From contig JANHCV010000002.1 in NCBI GenBank assembly GCA_025594325.1, positions 248,001-312,000 on the forward strand: a stretch of 64,000 nucleotides of DNA, given 5' to 3'. The DNA is from Blastocladiella emersonii ATCC 22665 (lineage: Eukaryota > Fungi > Blastocladiomycota). Both the position numbers and the translations under genes were made by a program. Below, one piece after another: positions 22,790 to 33,830 of the stretch; the first letter of the stretch is position 1; each line of letters opens with the position of its first letter. The notes below the pieces were generated by a model that was not told the DNA's origin, did not search any database, and was given only the letters and a program-made list of their open reading frames with translations.

Positions 22790-24741
22790 ATGAAGAAGGG
22801 CGCAAAGAAAAGGCAGACCAAGGCCAATGCCCTGCGCCAACCCGGTCCGGGCCGAGCTCCCGCAGCAGACGCAGCAGTGTCGCAGACGCCGTCCGTGATC
22901 CCCGTGAGCCGCTCGATCCGCCTGATGTGGCTGTTGACCCCGAACAGCGGGGTGGACTACCACTACGAGCTGTCCGACGCGAGCCCCAGCCCGTACCGGG
23001 TGCAGCTGAACACGGCGCGCATCGCTTCGCGCATGTACCAGGTCGCTATCATTGACTTCGTACGTCGTCGGGGCGTCTCCGGGTTACTCTGAGTCGTTCA
23101 CGCGTTTGATCACACCCGCCCGGCCTCCCGTAGCACGACGTCCGCGATGCGAAAGCCGCGCTTGACCGGTATCACGGGCGCACGCACTGGGGCGTCCAGG
23201 TCACGGGCCACTTCATGCTCCCGAACGAGCGCGTGGAGTACCGCACGCCGTGCGTGCAGCCCAACAGCCAGGCGTCGCTCTGCGTCATGGTGCAGCCGCA
23301 GCGGTCCGCCGCGCCCCAGGACCCGAGCCGCGAGCGCTGGCTCCGCCGCCAGCTGGAAAGGTTTGGCGAGGTGCGCCCGTTTGACCTCGCCCAAGAGTCC
23401 ACCGAGTGCGTTATCCAATACGCGCTTCCGGAATTGACGACACAGCTGACTCATCCTCGACCTGCCCTGTAGTGGCTCCCTGGTCGCGTACGTCGAGTAC
23501 TTTGACGCGCGCGACCGCGGGCGGGCATTCACCAACCTGTCCAAGAAGAAGTTTGACGGCTTGTCAATGACCATTCAGCTCGCGTGGGACCAGTCATCTG
23601 TGTACGGTCGTCTTGTTTGCGTCGACAATGTCTTTGCTGACCTTCAGCGCGTCGTAGTGACTTTGTGCGAGACCTCGTAAACGGCGTCATCAGCGTTCCA
23701 GCGCGGTTCCTCCCGAGGTGGACCAGATCTCGCGGTGGCTCAGTCCCCGACGAACCTGGGTTTGATGATCCTCGCGGTCCTCCTCGCGCAGACGCTGCGG
23801 AATCGTTGCGCGGCCCACGGCGCTCGCTTCCTCGCCCACAGTCCCGCTCTCGCTCACGCTCTCGCTCTCATACCCGTGATGCCCGCTTTGACTCGAGACT
23901 GGACCACCGCTATCCAAACCCGCCAGGCGATCTGGGCAGCCGATCCCGCCGCCGTCGCAGTCGCAGCCGCAGTCCGCGGAGCGACCGCGCTGATCGCGGC
24001 CGCGACCGCTCGCCAAGTCCATTATCCCGCAGCAGTCGGCGGTTCGATGACCACATGCGGGGCAGCAGAAGCCGCAGTCGCGACCGCGAGCCGCGCCGTC
24101 GATCTCGCTCACGATCCCGGCGTCGTCGCTCTCGTTCGCGCTCTCGTTCGCGCTCACCTACTTCTCGCCGCCGAGATGCGCGTCGGTCCCGCGCTTACGA
24201 CGAGCTCGCTCCCTTTTCACCCGCCGCGGCAGGGCTCATGCCGCCGCACCTCAACCCGCTTGCGTCCTCTCAGTTTGTCTCAGTGCCCATCTCCACGCTC
24301 AACGCTCTCACCCAGCAGCAGTACGCGCTCGCGCAGGCGTTCCAGATCCAGCAGCAGCAGCAGCAGGCGGCGGCGCTCGCGGGCGCCAACCCAATGCAGG
24401 CGTCGTCGCTCGCGAACCCGATGCTTCTCGCCTCAATGATGGGGCAGGGCGGTACGGGCCCGCTCCCCGGGGTGTACTACGCGCCCTCGGCAGCCCAGCA
24501 GCAGCAGATGCAGTCGATGCAGATGCAGATGCAGCAACAGCAGTTACAGCAGTTACAGCAGCAGCACGTGCAACAACCGCCAATGCAGCAGCAGCAGCAG
24601 CCGATGCAGTTCCACGGCATGGGGATGGGGATCGGCCAGATACCGCAGCAGCAGCACCTCGCGTTCCCTTCGTTCGTCGGCGGAAACTCTAGCGGTGGGT
24701 CGTTGGCGCAGCCGCCTGGCCAGCCCGGAGCTTCGCTTTGA
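22790..24741 (+). CDS. SR9: Mei2-like RRM-RRM-RS + poly-Q protein
   Basis: IPVSRSIRLMW..VAIIDF | HDVRDAKAA..SQASLCVMVQP | GSLVAYVEYFD..LAWDQSS | DFVRDLVNG..LPRWTR. Confidence 0.85.
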
Positions 24742-25023
24742 GCGATGAGCCTTGTGAGGTCCGATACACGCGCGCGAGTCTTTGAAAAACACTCAAAAGT
24801 GAGTGATAGACACAGTTAAAGGGCCGGTTGGTCCTCACCGCGGCCACACGGTTCGACGTCAGCGCGTGGATCAGTCTCGCGTGGTTCGCGGCGCGCAACG
24901 AGACTTGAGTGAGGCGTAACGGCTTCGCTCGCGCGGAGATGATTGATCTGGGGGCTTCACCCGACGGCTCTTAACCGAAAACTGGGCAGTCGCGTCCGGC
25001 CGACATCAGCGCGAGCGTCGGAG

Positions 25024-25044
25024 ACGCGACGGGAAATCATGTGA
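25024..25044 (+). promoter_or_regulatory. 21-bp ACGCGW-N8-CATGTGA upstream motif
   Basis: ACGCGACGGGAAATCATGTGA, 137 nt upstream of the B1 ATG. Confidence 0.55.
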
Positions 25045-25180
25045 GGTTCCCGTGAGGCCGGAGGTGTGGCGTTCACAATTTTGACCTGCGCGTTCTCCGA
25101 AACGGCAGCCCCCTCCCCGCTCGTCGCTCGCTTCGGCCAACGCTCTCGCTCCCGCCCTACTGCGCGGACTGCTCTCCAGC

Positions 25181-26662
25181 ATGAAGCAAATGAAACGAGG
25201 CGGCAAACGCGCCCGCGGCGGCAAGGCTGGCAGCGCTCAGCGCCCTTCCGCAGCTTCGCGGGACTCGCACCTGACCGCGGAAGCTTCCGCCGCACCCGCA
25301 GGCATGATGATCCTCCCTGCGCCCGAAGAGTACCGCTACGTCGGCACCGGCGACATCGAGTCGCACGATCTCTCCGCCAACGAGTTATTCCGCGACACGG
25401 TGCTTCCGGGCATCAACGCTCGCTTCACGACGCGCAAGGAGATCGTGCTCTTCCTCAAGAAGCTTAGCGATAGTGCGCGGCAGCTCCAAACCGAGGTGGC
25501 CGGCGTCTTCCGCCATTTTGCGCGCCTTCACGGCCAGCACGGGCTCGCTACCCTTCTCGAGTCTCGCTCAAACATCGAGGCCGTCTTCCGCGCTGTCCTC
25601 GACCCCAACTCAATGGACTACTTCGAGGCGCTTTCGGATCCGCGACTTCAGGCGGCCGTTGTCGCGCACCGCCGTTCCGCGTCGCGCAAGCCCATCTTTT
25701 GCCCTGCGGGTTCGGACGAGTTCTACCGCGAGGTTGCCGACGTGTTCTGCGGCGCCATCGCCTTCACCGCCGACCAGGTCTTCCAGTCGTTCATGATGCG
25801 ACTTACCGAGTGCCTGGCGGGTCACTTTCTCAAAACCATGGATCCGCAAGCTCGCAATGCCATGCTGCAAGCCGACACGGAAGCGAGCTCTTCACACGCG
25901 GCCATGGACGTTGTCGAGCTCAAGATGTTTCAGCGCGCTACGCAGCAGATCAAGTTTGACATCCAGAAGGGTCTCGTCAACGCGAACGGCAACCACCACC
26001 CGCTGCAGGTCATCGCTGTTCTTCCCGATCTCGTCACCGGTTACGCGCGGGTCGGTGCTGTTCCCCGCGGCCTACCTTACCCCAAGCTTATCCCGACGGT
26101 CAACGAGCTCGGTCCTTACGCACCGCTCTCCTTCAAGAGTTTTTGCGGCCTCTTCCTCGACGGCCCACTCTTGATTCCCGAGCTCCCGCCTGTGCTGCCT
26201 TGCCCCGTCGACGCCATCAAGACCCTGATTGGTACCAAGGATTCGCCGCCCGTGGCCATCGAAGCCATCAAGGAGTCCGACGTGGAGCAGGTCGAGGCTT
26301 GGCTTCGCGCAGGCGTTGTGCACGGACTCGCATCGTGGGACGTCGTGCTTGGCGTCCTTCACCACTTTATCAAGCCCGAGCACTTGTGGAAGCAAGTCTC
26401 GATCGACGGCGAGACTCGCTCTCAGCGCTCGCTTGTGGATCCGATCATGATCAACGGCAAAAACCTCCAGATTCACTCGCACCACAGCGGGATCCGGGCG
26501 AGCGTCCGCGCTTTCATGTTCCCGCCTGAGCCCATGGAGGCGCTCGTCGCTCGCATCGACGAGTGGCGCGCGCACCGGGATCAGGGCCAGCTCGCGCTCC
26601 AGGTCGAGTCCATGACGCTGCACGACTCGGACGACGCCAGTGTCACTGCGAGCTTGGAGTAA
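25181..26662 (+). CDS. Orphan family B member B1 (493 aa, function unknown)
   Basis: Intronless ORF; shares LFRxTVLPG, WLRxxxxHGLAxWD, KPEHLW and RxxEW with three other ORFs in the window. Confidence 0.8.
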   Translation: MKQMKRGGKRARGGKAGSAQRPSAASRDSHLTAEASAAPAGMMILPAPEEYRYVGTGDIESHDLSANELFRDTVLPGINARFTTRKEIVLFLKKLSDSARQLQTEVAGVFRHFARLHGQHGLATLLESRSNIEAVFRAVLDPNSMDYFEALSDPRLQAAVVAHRRSASRKPIFCPAGSDEFYREVADVFCGAIAFTADQVFQSFMMRLTECLAGHFLKTMDPQARNAMLQADTEASSSHAAMDVVELKMFQRATQQIKFDIQKGLVNANGNHHPLQVIAVLPDLVTGYARVGAVPRGLPYPKLIPTVNELGPYAPLSFKSFCGLFLDGPLLIPELPPVLPCPVDAIKTLIGTKDSPPVAIEAIKESDVEQVEAWLRAGVVHGLASWDVVLGVLHHFIKPEHLWKQVSIDGETRSQRSLVDPIMINGKNLQIHSHHSGIRASVRAFMFPPEPMEALVARIDEWRAHRDQGQLALQVESMTLHDSDDASVTASLE

Positions 26663-26861
26663 CTCTTCCAACGTTCCCGCGATGTTCTTGTCGCCTTTTG
26701 TTGTGCTTTGCCCGCGTGTCTATATTCCTCAAATGAGCCATTTGCACTCCCTCTCGCTGCTCGATTCCGCTTTTTCGGACGCGTCTGGTGGATTTCTGCA
26801 CTGAAACAAGCATTGGTGCAGCACGAAGGATGAGCGGAGCGGCGTCAGGCGTGCCGTGGAA

Positions 26862-26882
26862 ACGCGACGAGAAATCATGTGA
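26862..26882 (+). promoter_or_regulatory. 21-bp ACGCGW-N8-CATGTGA upstream motif
   Basis: ACGCGACGAGAAATCATGTGA, ~100 nt upstream of the B2 ATG. Confidence 0.55.
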
Positions 26883-26983
26883 GGCTCTGCTGATGCAAGC
26901 CACTCATGTTGAACGCTTATTCGCTCGAGGCTGCCCGCCCTCCGCCCTTTCCCTCACCATCGTAAGACGTAGCGAATGAACAA

Positions 26984-28618
26984 ATGACTCGAAGCAACGG
27001 TAAAGACAAAGGCGACTTCAACTGGTACTCGAGCTCGGACCTTCCGCGGGGCCCGCCCCCCGACTACCTTGGAACCGCTGCGCTTCCAGCGCCCGATGAC
27101 CACCGCCGCCCCGGCTCCGGCAGGAAGGTGTCGACCTACATGCCGTTCGAGGACTTGTTCCGCAAGACGGTGCTTCCCGGCTATCCCGTTCGCTTCGAAA
27201 CTCGCGGCGCCATCGTCGCCGCCCTCAAGAAGCTTAGCTTGGGCGCCAAGGAGTGCCCGAAGGAAGTGTCGCGCGTCTTGCGCCGATACAGCCACCTCCA
27301 CAGCCCGCGAGAGCTCGCGCTTCTGCTCGAGTCACAGAAGCGGTTTGATACCGTCGTCCGTGCTGTTTCGGGCCCCGCGTGGATCAAAAATCGCGATCTA
27401 GTACCAGATCTACGCATCCGCTCCGCCGCCACCCCTCAACGCCCAGTCAATCCTAGCCAGCGCAAGTATCTTCCTCATCTTGCCGGCTCACTGGCCTTTT
27501 ATAGCGATTTTGCGACAGCTCTGCGTTCCGAACTTGTTCTTGCTGCTGAGCGTGATATGCGCAGTTTCTTAAACGGACTCGCCGACGACCTGGCCCGCGA
27601 TCACTTCTTTTACCTCTACCCAAGCGCCGCCTTTGAAGAGTCGTCCTTTCACCACGCAAAGGCAATGAAGCCCATGTCCAAGCTTTTCAAGAAGCAAATC
27701 CATGCTGATCTGATGACTTTGCTCAAGGACACGGCTGACATGGACTTCCCATTGCGCCTCTTTGCCGTACTGCCCAACTTTGTGAAGCTTTACGTCGAGA
27801 GCGGCCTCATTCCCAAGGCTTACGAGTATCCGAGCCTCAATCGCACCTCCCAAAAGATTGACCTACCGACTCGCGTCTCGTTTGAATGCTTTCGCGACAT
27901 GTTTGTGATTGGACACAAGAAGGCCTCAGGGATTCCACGCGTAGTTCCGGCTCCCGAGGAAGCCATTGCCCGCCTCATCGGATCCGAAAGCGCCCTGCCT
28001 GCAGCTCTCGAGGCCGTCTCGCCGGTTGATGTGGAGCAAATCGAAAACTGGCTCCGCGTCGCCATCGCGCACGGACTTGCGTCGTGGGATCCAATGCTGC
28101 GCGTCATGTACCACTTTGTCAAGCCGGAGCACCTGTGGCGCGAGCAAACGGTCGTCGTCGATGGCTCAACCGAGACGCGAAAGCTGCGGTGGTTTACTGA
28201 CCCGCTCATCTTGCACGGGAACCACGTTCGCGTCTACTCCTACCAAGACGGCGTGCGCTCGTCCCGCCCTGGGTTCCCACTCCTTTCGCACAAGAACATG
28301 AACGCGATCGTTACGCGTCTTGACGAATGGCACGCGTACCGCGACCAGCTCGCGCGCCAGCTCGAGGCCATGGCGTTGCACGGATACGGGCCGGGCTACG
28401 TTAACGGCGTGTTCTACGGCCACACCGGACCCGCGCTTCCGTTTGCTGGTGGCCCCACCGTTCCCGCCCCCCTCATCGAAAATGGTCGGCTAGCAGTCGA
28501 TGACAGCGGCCACAACTGCGCCGCTAACGCGAACGAGCTGCTTGCTCGCGACACTTCCGACGACGAGGTGCCCGAGGCCGCCCACATCCCGTGGCTCGAC
28601 GCCGACGGCGAGTCCTGA
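26984..28618 (+). CDS. Orphan family B member B2 (544 aa)
   Basis: Intronless ORF; LFRKTVLPG, WLRVAIAHGLASWD, FVKPEHLW, RLDEW; ends HIPWLDADGES. Confidence 0.8.
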   Translation: MTRSNGKDKGDFNWYSSSDLPRGPPPDYLGTAALPAPDDHRRPGSGRKVSTYMPFEDLFRKTVLPGYPVRFETRGAIVAALKKLSLGAKECPKEVSRVLRRYSHLHSPRELALLLESQKRFDTVVRAVSGPAWIKNRDLVPDLRIRSAATPQRPVNPSQRKYLPHLAGSLAFYSDFATALRSELVLAAERDMRSFLNGLADDLARDHFFYLYPSAAFEESSFHHAKAMKPMSKLFKKQIHADLMTLLKDTADMDFPLRLFAVLPNFVKLYVESGLIPKAYEYPSLNRTSQKIDLPTRVSFECFRDMFVIGHKKASGIPRVVPAPEEAIARLIGSESALPAALEAVSPVDVEQIENWLRVAIAHGLASWDPMLRVMYHFVKPEHLWREQTVVVDGSTETRKLRWFTDPLILHGNHVRVYSYQDGVRSSRPGFPLLSHKNMNAIVTRLDEWHAYRDQLARQLEAMALHGYGPGYVNGVFYGHTGPALPFAGGPTVPAPLIENGRLAVDDSGHNCAANANELLARDTSDDEVPEAAHIPWLDADGES

Positions 28619-28841
28619 CTGTAACTGCTACAGGGAATACACGTTTGACAAGCAAAACGCATCGCGTCAACTGAGTGAGGCTTAGGCTGGCGGCGCAGGC
28701 TTCTGGACGACGTCAGACTCCTGGATTCTGTCTGGGAGGCATCGGATGGCTTCGCGCTGCGCCACCACGTTTCGCCGCCACCCTCCGCCCCTCCCTCTCC
28801 TCGTCAACATCCCAACAACGCAACGTCAATACTAGAAACCC

Positions 28842-30248
28842 ATGCATCACACTTGCTGCAGTGCGCAGCTGGCGCGCTCCCTGACCCTCGTGCTGGTCGT
28901 TGCCGCCGCCGCCGCGCTGGTCGCGACGGCAGCCCCCCTCGAGAAGCGGCAGACCGCCTCGGCTGCGCCGGCCGCCTTCCAGCTGTCCTTTACCTGCGAC
29001 GCCACCGCGCCCGTCTTCTGCGCGAAAGCCGAGCGCGCCCTGCAGCGAGCCGCGCGGCGCATCACGCAAGAGTTCCGGTTCCGCCGCACCGTGACGTGCG
29101 CCGTCACCTTCTTCCTGCCGTGCGGGTCCGCGTCGCCGCCCGCGAGCTGCTCCGAGACGCGCCTGCTCGGGTCCGCCACGCCGACCGCCTTCTACCCGGT
29201 CCGCCTCAAGGACGACGGCCAGCTCTACACGGTGCCGTCGGCGCTGCTCAAGCAGTTTGACCATCCCGAGCTCGACGACGCCAGCCGCGTCGCGTACCCG
29301 GCGTTCGACCTGCGCGCGCGGTTCAACGCGGCGCGCACGTGGTGGTTTGCCGAGGACGGCGACCCGCCCGGCGGGAACGGGACGCTCGCGCAGAACACGT
29401 TCGACCTCGAGCGCGTCGCCACGCACGAGCTGCTGCACGGCCTCGGGTTCGGGAGCAACGTGCTGCTGGGCTTGCCGATTGCGAGCGATACGAAGCCGGC
29501 GTTCATCTTGCCGCAGTACGAGTCGAGCCCGCCGTCGACGCCGCCCTCCCTCGGCGTCGTCATGAGCGCCGACCCGTTCTACCGCTTCGCGCACCCGGGC
29601 TTGTGGGACCGCTTCACCGTCTTCTCCAACGGCGTTCCCGCGACCGCGTACGGCGCCAACATCACGCGCGCGTTCGACCGGCTCGTCGCTGCGGGCACCA
29701 TCAAGCCCGCCGGTTCTTCGGGCGGCGCGAGCTACTACAACCCGCAGGCCGTGGTCGATGCGCTGGCCGCCGACCCCGACGCGTCGTCGGCGATGCAGGC
29801 GCTGGCCCGGTTCGGCACCACGCGCGAGTCGCTGGTCTTTGACACGGACGCGTGGCCGCCCAGCTCGGCGGCGTCGCCGAACTCTGCCGTCAAGTACCCG
29901 CTCGAGACGGGGCTCGCGCCGTTCACGCCCGGCAGCTCGGCCGTGCACCTCGCCGACACGGTGGCGCGGAACGCCGACTTTCTCATGGTGTGGGCGTCGA
30001 ACCGGCAGACGTACGGCTCCATGATCGCCGCGACGCAGGCGCCCGAGTCGGGGCTGGGACCCGCCACGGTCGCCATTCTCACGGCGCTCGGGTACGCGCG
30101 GAGCAGCGCGACTGGGTTCACGAGCCGCGCCAACTTGATCGAGCTGGTCCCTGAGACGTTCGGGACTGTCTCTCATGCGGCCAGCTTGGCGAAAACCAGT
30201 GCGTGGACCTGTGCTGCCGTCGCGCTCTCAATTGTACTCGCGGTGTGA
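28842..30248 (+). CDS. Secreted HExxH metalloprotease-like protein, copy 2
   Basis: Near-identical to 10110-11516 (offset 18732); differs at GSSAVH vs GRSAVH and in the C-terminal tail. Confidence 0.75.
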   Translation: MHHTCCSAQLARSLTLVLVVAAAAALVATAAPLEKRQTASAAPAAFQLSFTCDATAPVFCAKAERALQRAARRITQEFRFRRTVTCAVTFFLPCGSASPPASCSETRLLGSATPTAFYPVRLKDDGQLYTVPSALLKQFDHPELDDASRVAYPAFDLRARFNAARTWWFAEDGDPPGGNGTLAQNTFDLERVATHELLHGLGFGSNVLLGLPIASDTKPAFILPQYESSPPSTPPSLGVVMSADPFYRFAHPGLWDRFTVFSNGVPATAYGANITRAFDRLVAAGTIKPAGSSGGASYYNPQAVVDALAADPDASSAMQALARFGTTRESLVFDTDAWPPSSAASPNSAVKYPLETGLAPFTPGSSAVHLADTVARNADFLMVWASNRQTYGSMIAATQAPESGLGPATVAILTALGYARSSATGFTSRANLIELVPETFGTVSHAASLAKTSAWTCAAVALSIVLAV

Positions 30249-30543
30249 GCCCATCCCCAGAGTTCCAAGCACCAATAGAACCATTTTTGTCCTTCGAAAG
30301 TCGCCGTGTTGTGCCTGCTTGCGCAAACATGCGTGTCCGCCGCCGCGGATCGGGACAAGGCGCGATGACCGCCCTTGTCTCGCACCTGGTCGGAGACAAC
30401 ACGTGATAACGCGACGCGTCCGCGGCCTCGTGTCGCTCCGCTGTCTGTTGGTGGGAGCCTTCTCGCTGCACTCGTTAATCCTAGGCACTCCGTGCACTTG
30501 ATCATCGAATGCATGGGCAGGCCCCAGAACGGGAAATGACAAC

Positions 30544-33500
30544 ATGAAGTTTGGACGAACATGGACCCCGGTCCTCGTCGTGCTCTGCGCGCTCCAATGG
30601 ATGCACCATGTAAGCGCCGTGGCCGAGTTCAAGATTTCGGTCAACCTACCTTTTGACTATCCCAGTACGCGCCTCTCCGCCGCCGCGTTCAGCGCAACAC
30701 CCCGCTCACTCTGCGCGGACGTTCAGGCCTCGGACAGTCGGTGACGGGCATCACCGACTTTCTCGACCTGATCGCGCCCTCGCTCAATGCGACCGAGCCC
30801 TCGGGTAACGCCACGTTCAAGATCGTGCGACACAACACAAAGTATACGAACCTGGGCAGCACGCAGGCTGCGCAGGCGGCGATCCTCGACAGCGGCGCGC
30901 ACGCGCTCATCACCGAGTTTGCCTCGAGCAACACGATCCCGGCGGTGCTCGCGAGTGCGCGGTACAACGGCTGGACGTGCTCGGGCTCGGCCACGTCGAT
31001 CCTGCTCAATAACAAACTCGAGTACCCGACGTTTCTCCGCACGATCGCGCCGGACGATGTGCAGGGATACATCCTCGCCAAGTTCATGCAGCACATGGGC
31101 TGGGCGCGCGCGTGTGTGCTGGCCAGCAGCGACGCCTACGGAAGCAGTGGTGCGTCTGGCCCGTCGACTGGTCTCTCCGCGGTTTCTCATCTCTCCCGCA
31201 CGTAGTCTCGTCCGTGTTCCTCGCCAACGCACCGCATTTTGGGATCACGGTCGCGTCCAACCAGGTCTTTGACCTGTCGCTCCAGGACTTTACGCTTATT
31301 CTCGACAACATTGTCGCGTCGAACGCGAACATCATTGCAATCTTCGCCGTCCCGGACGTGCTGCAGAACCTGATGCGCCAGGCCAAGTACGTGTGCTGCT
31401 TCTTGGTCCGAGCCGCGCTCCACTAACCCCCCGTTTCCGTGTAGAGCGCGCGACATCATCTCCGACTCGTACGTGTGGCTCGGCCCCGAGGCATGGTCGT
31501 TTTTCGGCTCGCTGTCCGATCTCACCGAGCAAGACCGTACCAACGCGAACGGCGTGCTGTACGTGACCCCGCGCGAGGAGGCGCTGTCGGCGCGGTACAA
31601 CGCGAGTCTCGCGCTATGGAGCGCGACGTACCCGGGCCGCCTGCTACCCGCGTACTCACACTTCTTCATGGACTGCGCGACGGCGCTCGCGCGCGGGCTC
31701 GTGCGGCTGTCGCGCAAGTTCGGCGCGGATCGCGTCCTCGCGCGCAACTACACGGCGAACCTCGCCGACTTTCTCGCGCCGTTCGAGGGCGTGTCGGGCG
31801 ACGTCGAGTTCGACGCCATCGGCAACCGCAAGTCGTACTTTTCCGTGTACAACCTGTACGGTGGCACGTCGCAGGTCGTGTACGAGATCGGGCCCGACCT
31901 GTCCATCACGAACAAGGCGCCGCCGCGCTTCTACTCGGGGACCAGCGTCGTGCCGCGCGACAGCACCATCAAGCGTGCGCTGTACCTCGACTGGAACCTC
32001 CCCGGCGCGCTGGCCCTGGTCGCGCTCGACTGCGCGGCCATCGTCCTGATCGTCGTCACGGTCGCGTACCTGCACCGCCACCGCGCGTTCCCGGACATCA
32101 AGAACCTGTCGTTCCCGTTCCTCGTGCTCATCTGCGTCGGCTGCGTGCTCGTGCTTGCGAGCAACCTCGCGGATATCGGGCAGCCATCGACGGCATCGTG
32201 CATCGTCTCGAACACCGCGTTCGTGCTCGGGTTCAACCTGGTCATCGCGGCGGCCGCGGCCAAGGCGTACCGCCTGTGGCGCCTGCTCGACACCAAGAAG
32301 GCGCTCGTGACAAGCGGCAGCTACGCGAACCGCAAGCTGTTCCGCGGGATCGGCGCGTGTCTCGCACTGCAGGCCATCATCCTGGTCGTGTGGACGACGG
32401 CGTACCCGTTTGGCCCCGCGGTCATCTCGGCGCGCACGTACTACTATTACCGGTGCCGCAGCAGCAACGACACGCTGCAGACGCTCGCGACGGGCGTGAC
32501 CTTCTCGTTCAACGCGGCCCTCGTCGTCGCCCTCGTGCTACTCGGCTACAAGACACGTAACGCGGTCAGCCGGTTCCGCGAGTCCATCTTCCTGCTCTCG
32601 GTCGGCCAGAACATCACCATCTCGGCGCTCGTCGTTGCGCCGTTCGCGTACTTTGACTTTGGCGCGAGCACGCTCGAGGCAGCGTACATCAAGCACGTCA
32701 TGATCATCTACGGCGTGCTGTTCGCGTTCGTCGCGCTCGCCGGCCGCCTCGTCGTCCCCGTGTACCGCGCGCGCGGTATCCTCGGCGGCAACGGCGTCCG
32801 CATCAACTCGAGCGCCAGCGAGCAGAGCCAGCAGCAGCAGCAGTCGCCGCAGATCCAGGTCCCGCAGGTGCTCCGGCCGTACGCCTTCTCGCGACGAGAG
32901 CCGGCGAAAGCGGAAGCCGCGGCGCACGGCGCGAGCACGACCGTTGGCGTGGCCACGGCCGCGACGACGGGAGGCGGGACTGGCGGCGGGCCGGGCGACG
33001 TCAGCGATATTCTGCTCACGCAGGAGGACCTGCACGACGGCGACTTTGGGACCGTGGTTAATGGCGTGTTCCCAGTCCGCTTCGCGGCGGGTGACGGGAC
33101 GCCGGCGATCGACGTGGCCACGCTGCACCATGTCGAGCTCGACACGGTCCGCGGTACGTCGTTCGCGCGCGCTCGGCTGACTAAGATGGCCACTGACGCG
33201 AGCTCAACTGTAGCGCGCGTGGTTCTACTCCCAGACGACCCGAGCAAGACGGAGGGCGTCGCGCTGCGGCTCGCCGCGCCCGTCGAGCTGATCGAGCGGC
33301 CCGACGGCCACGTCGACCGCGTGCGGATCTCCATCGGTCCGCGACACTGGGAGATCTGGTTCGCGTCGCAGCCTGAGGCCGAGCGGTGGTACCTCTTGTT
33401 GCGGATACCTTTCTTTCGGCAGCACGGCGGCGGCCGTGGCGAGTCCGCGGTGCACGGCGCCGGCGGCCAGCAGCGCAGGTCGGCATCCGGATCCGTTGGC

Positions 33501-33617
33501 GGGAGCGGGATGCTTCACGTCAACGACGCGTCGAATCCGCGCGGGCTGTATACGCTGTCGTTCGTCTCGATTGCCGAGGAGACGAGCCGAGGGTCTTCAC
33601 AATCTCGGCAGAGCTGA
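30544..33617 (+). CDS. Class C (GABA-B/mGluR-like) GPCR: Venus-flytrap domain + 7TM + C-terminal PH-like region; 3 introns near 5' end
   Basis: Signal peptide; LEYPTFLRTIAPDDVQG and MGWARACVL (ANF-receptor-like); GVSGDVEFDAIGNR; seven hydrophobic segments (IKNLSFPFLVLICVGCVL..); late FASQPEAERWYLLL helix. Confidence 0.85.
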
Positions 33618-33830
33618 TGGTCAGAATACATGCACATCTCGCGACAGCGTCAAGAACTTGGCCGCGACCGTGGCCGCGCATCACGCGCTTGTCAAGCGCG
33701 TACACTTTCGCTTCCGCTACACTCAAGATGAGAAATGTTCGAGGATGAGAGAGCAAGATATAGATTTTATACGACATCAAAACCATTCTACGCCGCGACG
33801 CGATCCCACACGAATCATCGTCATCACACC

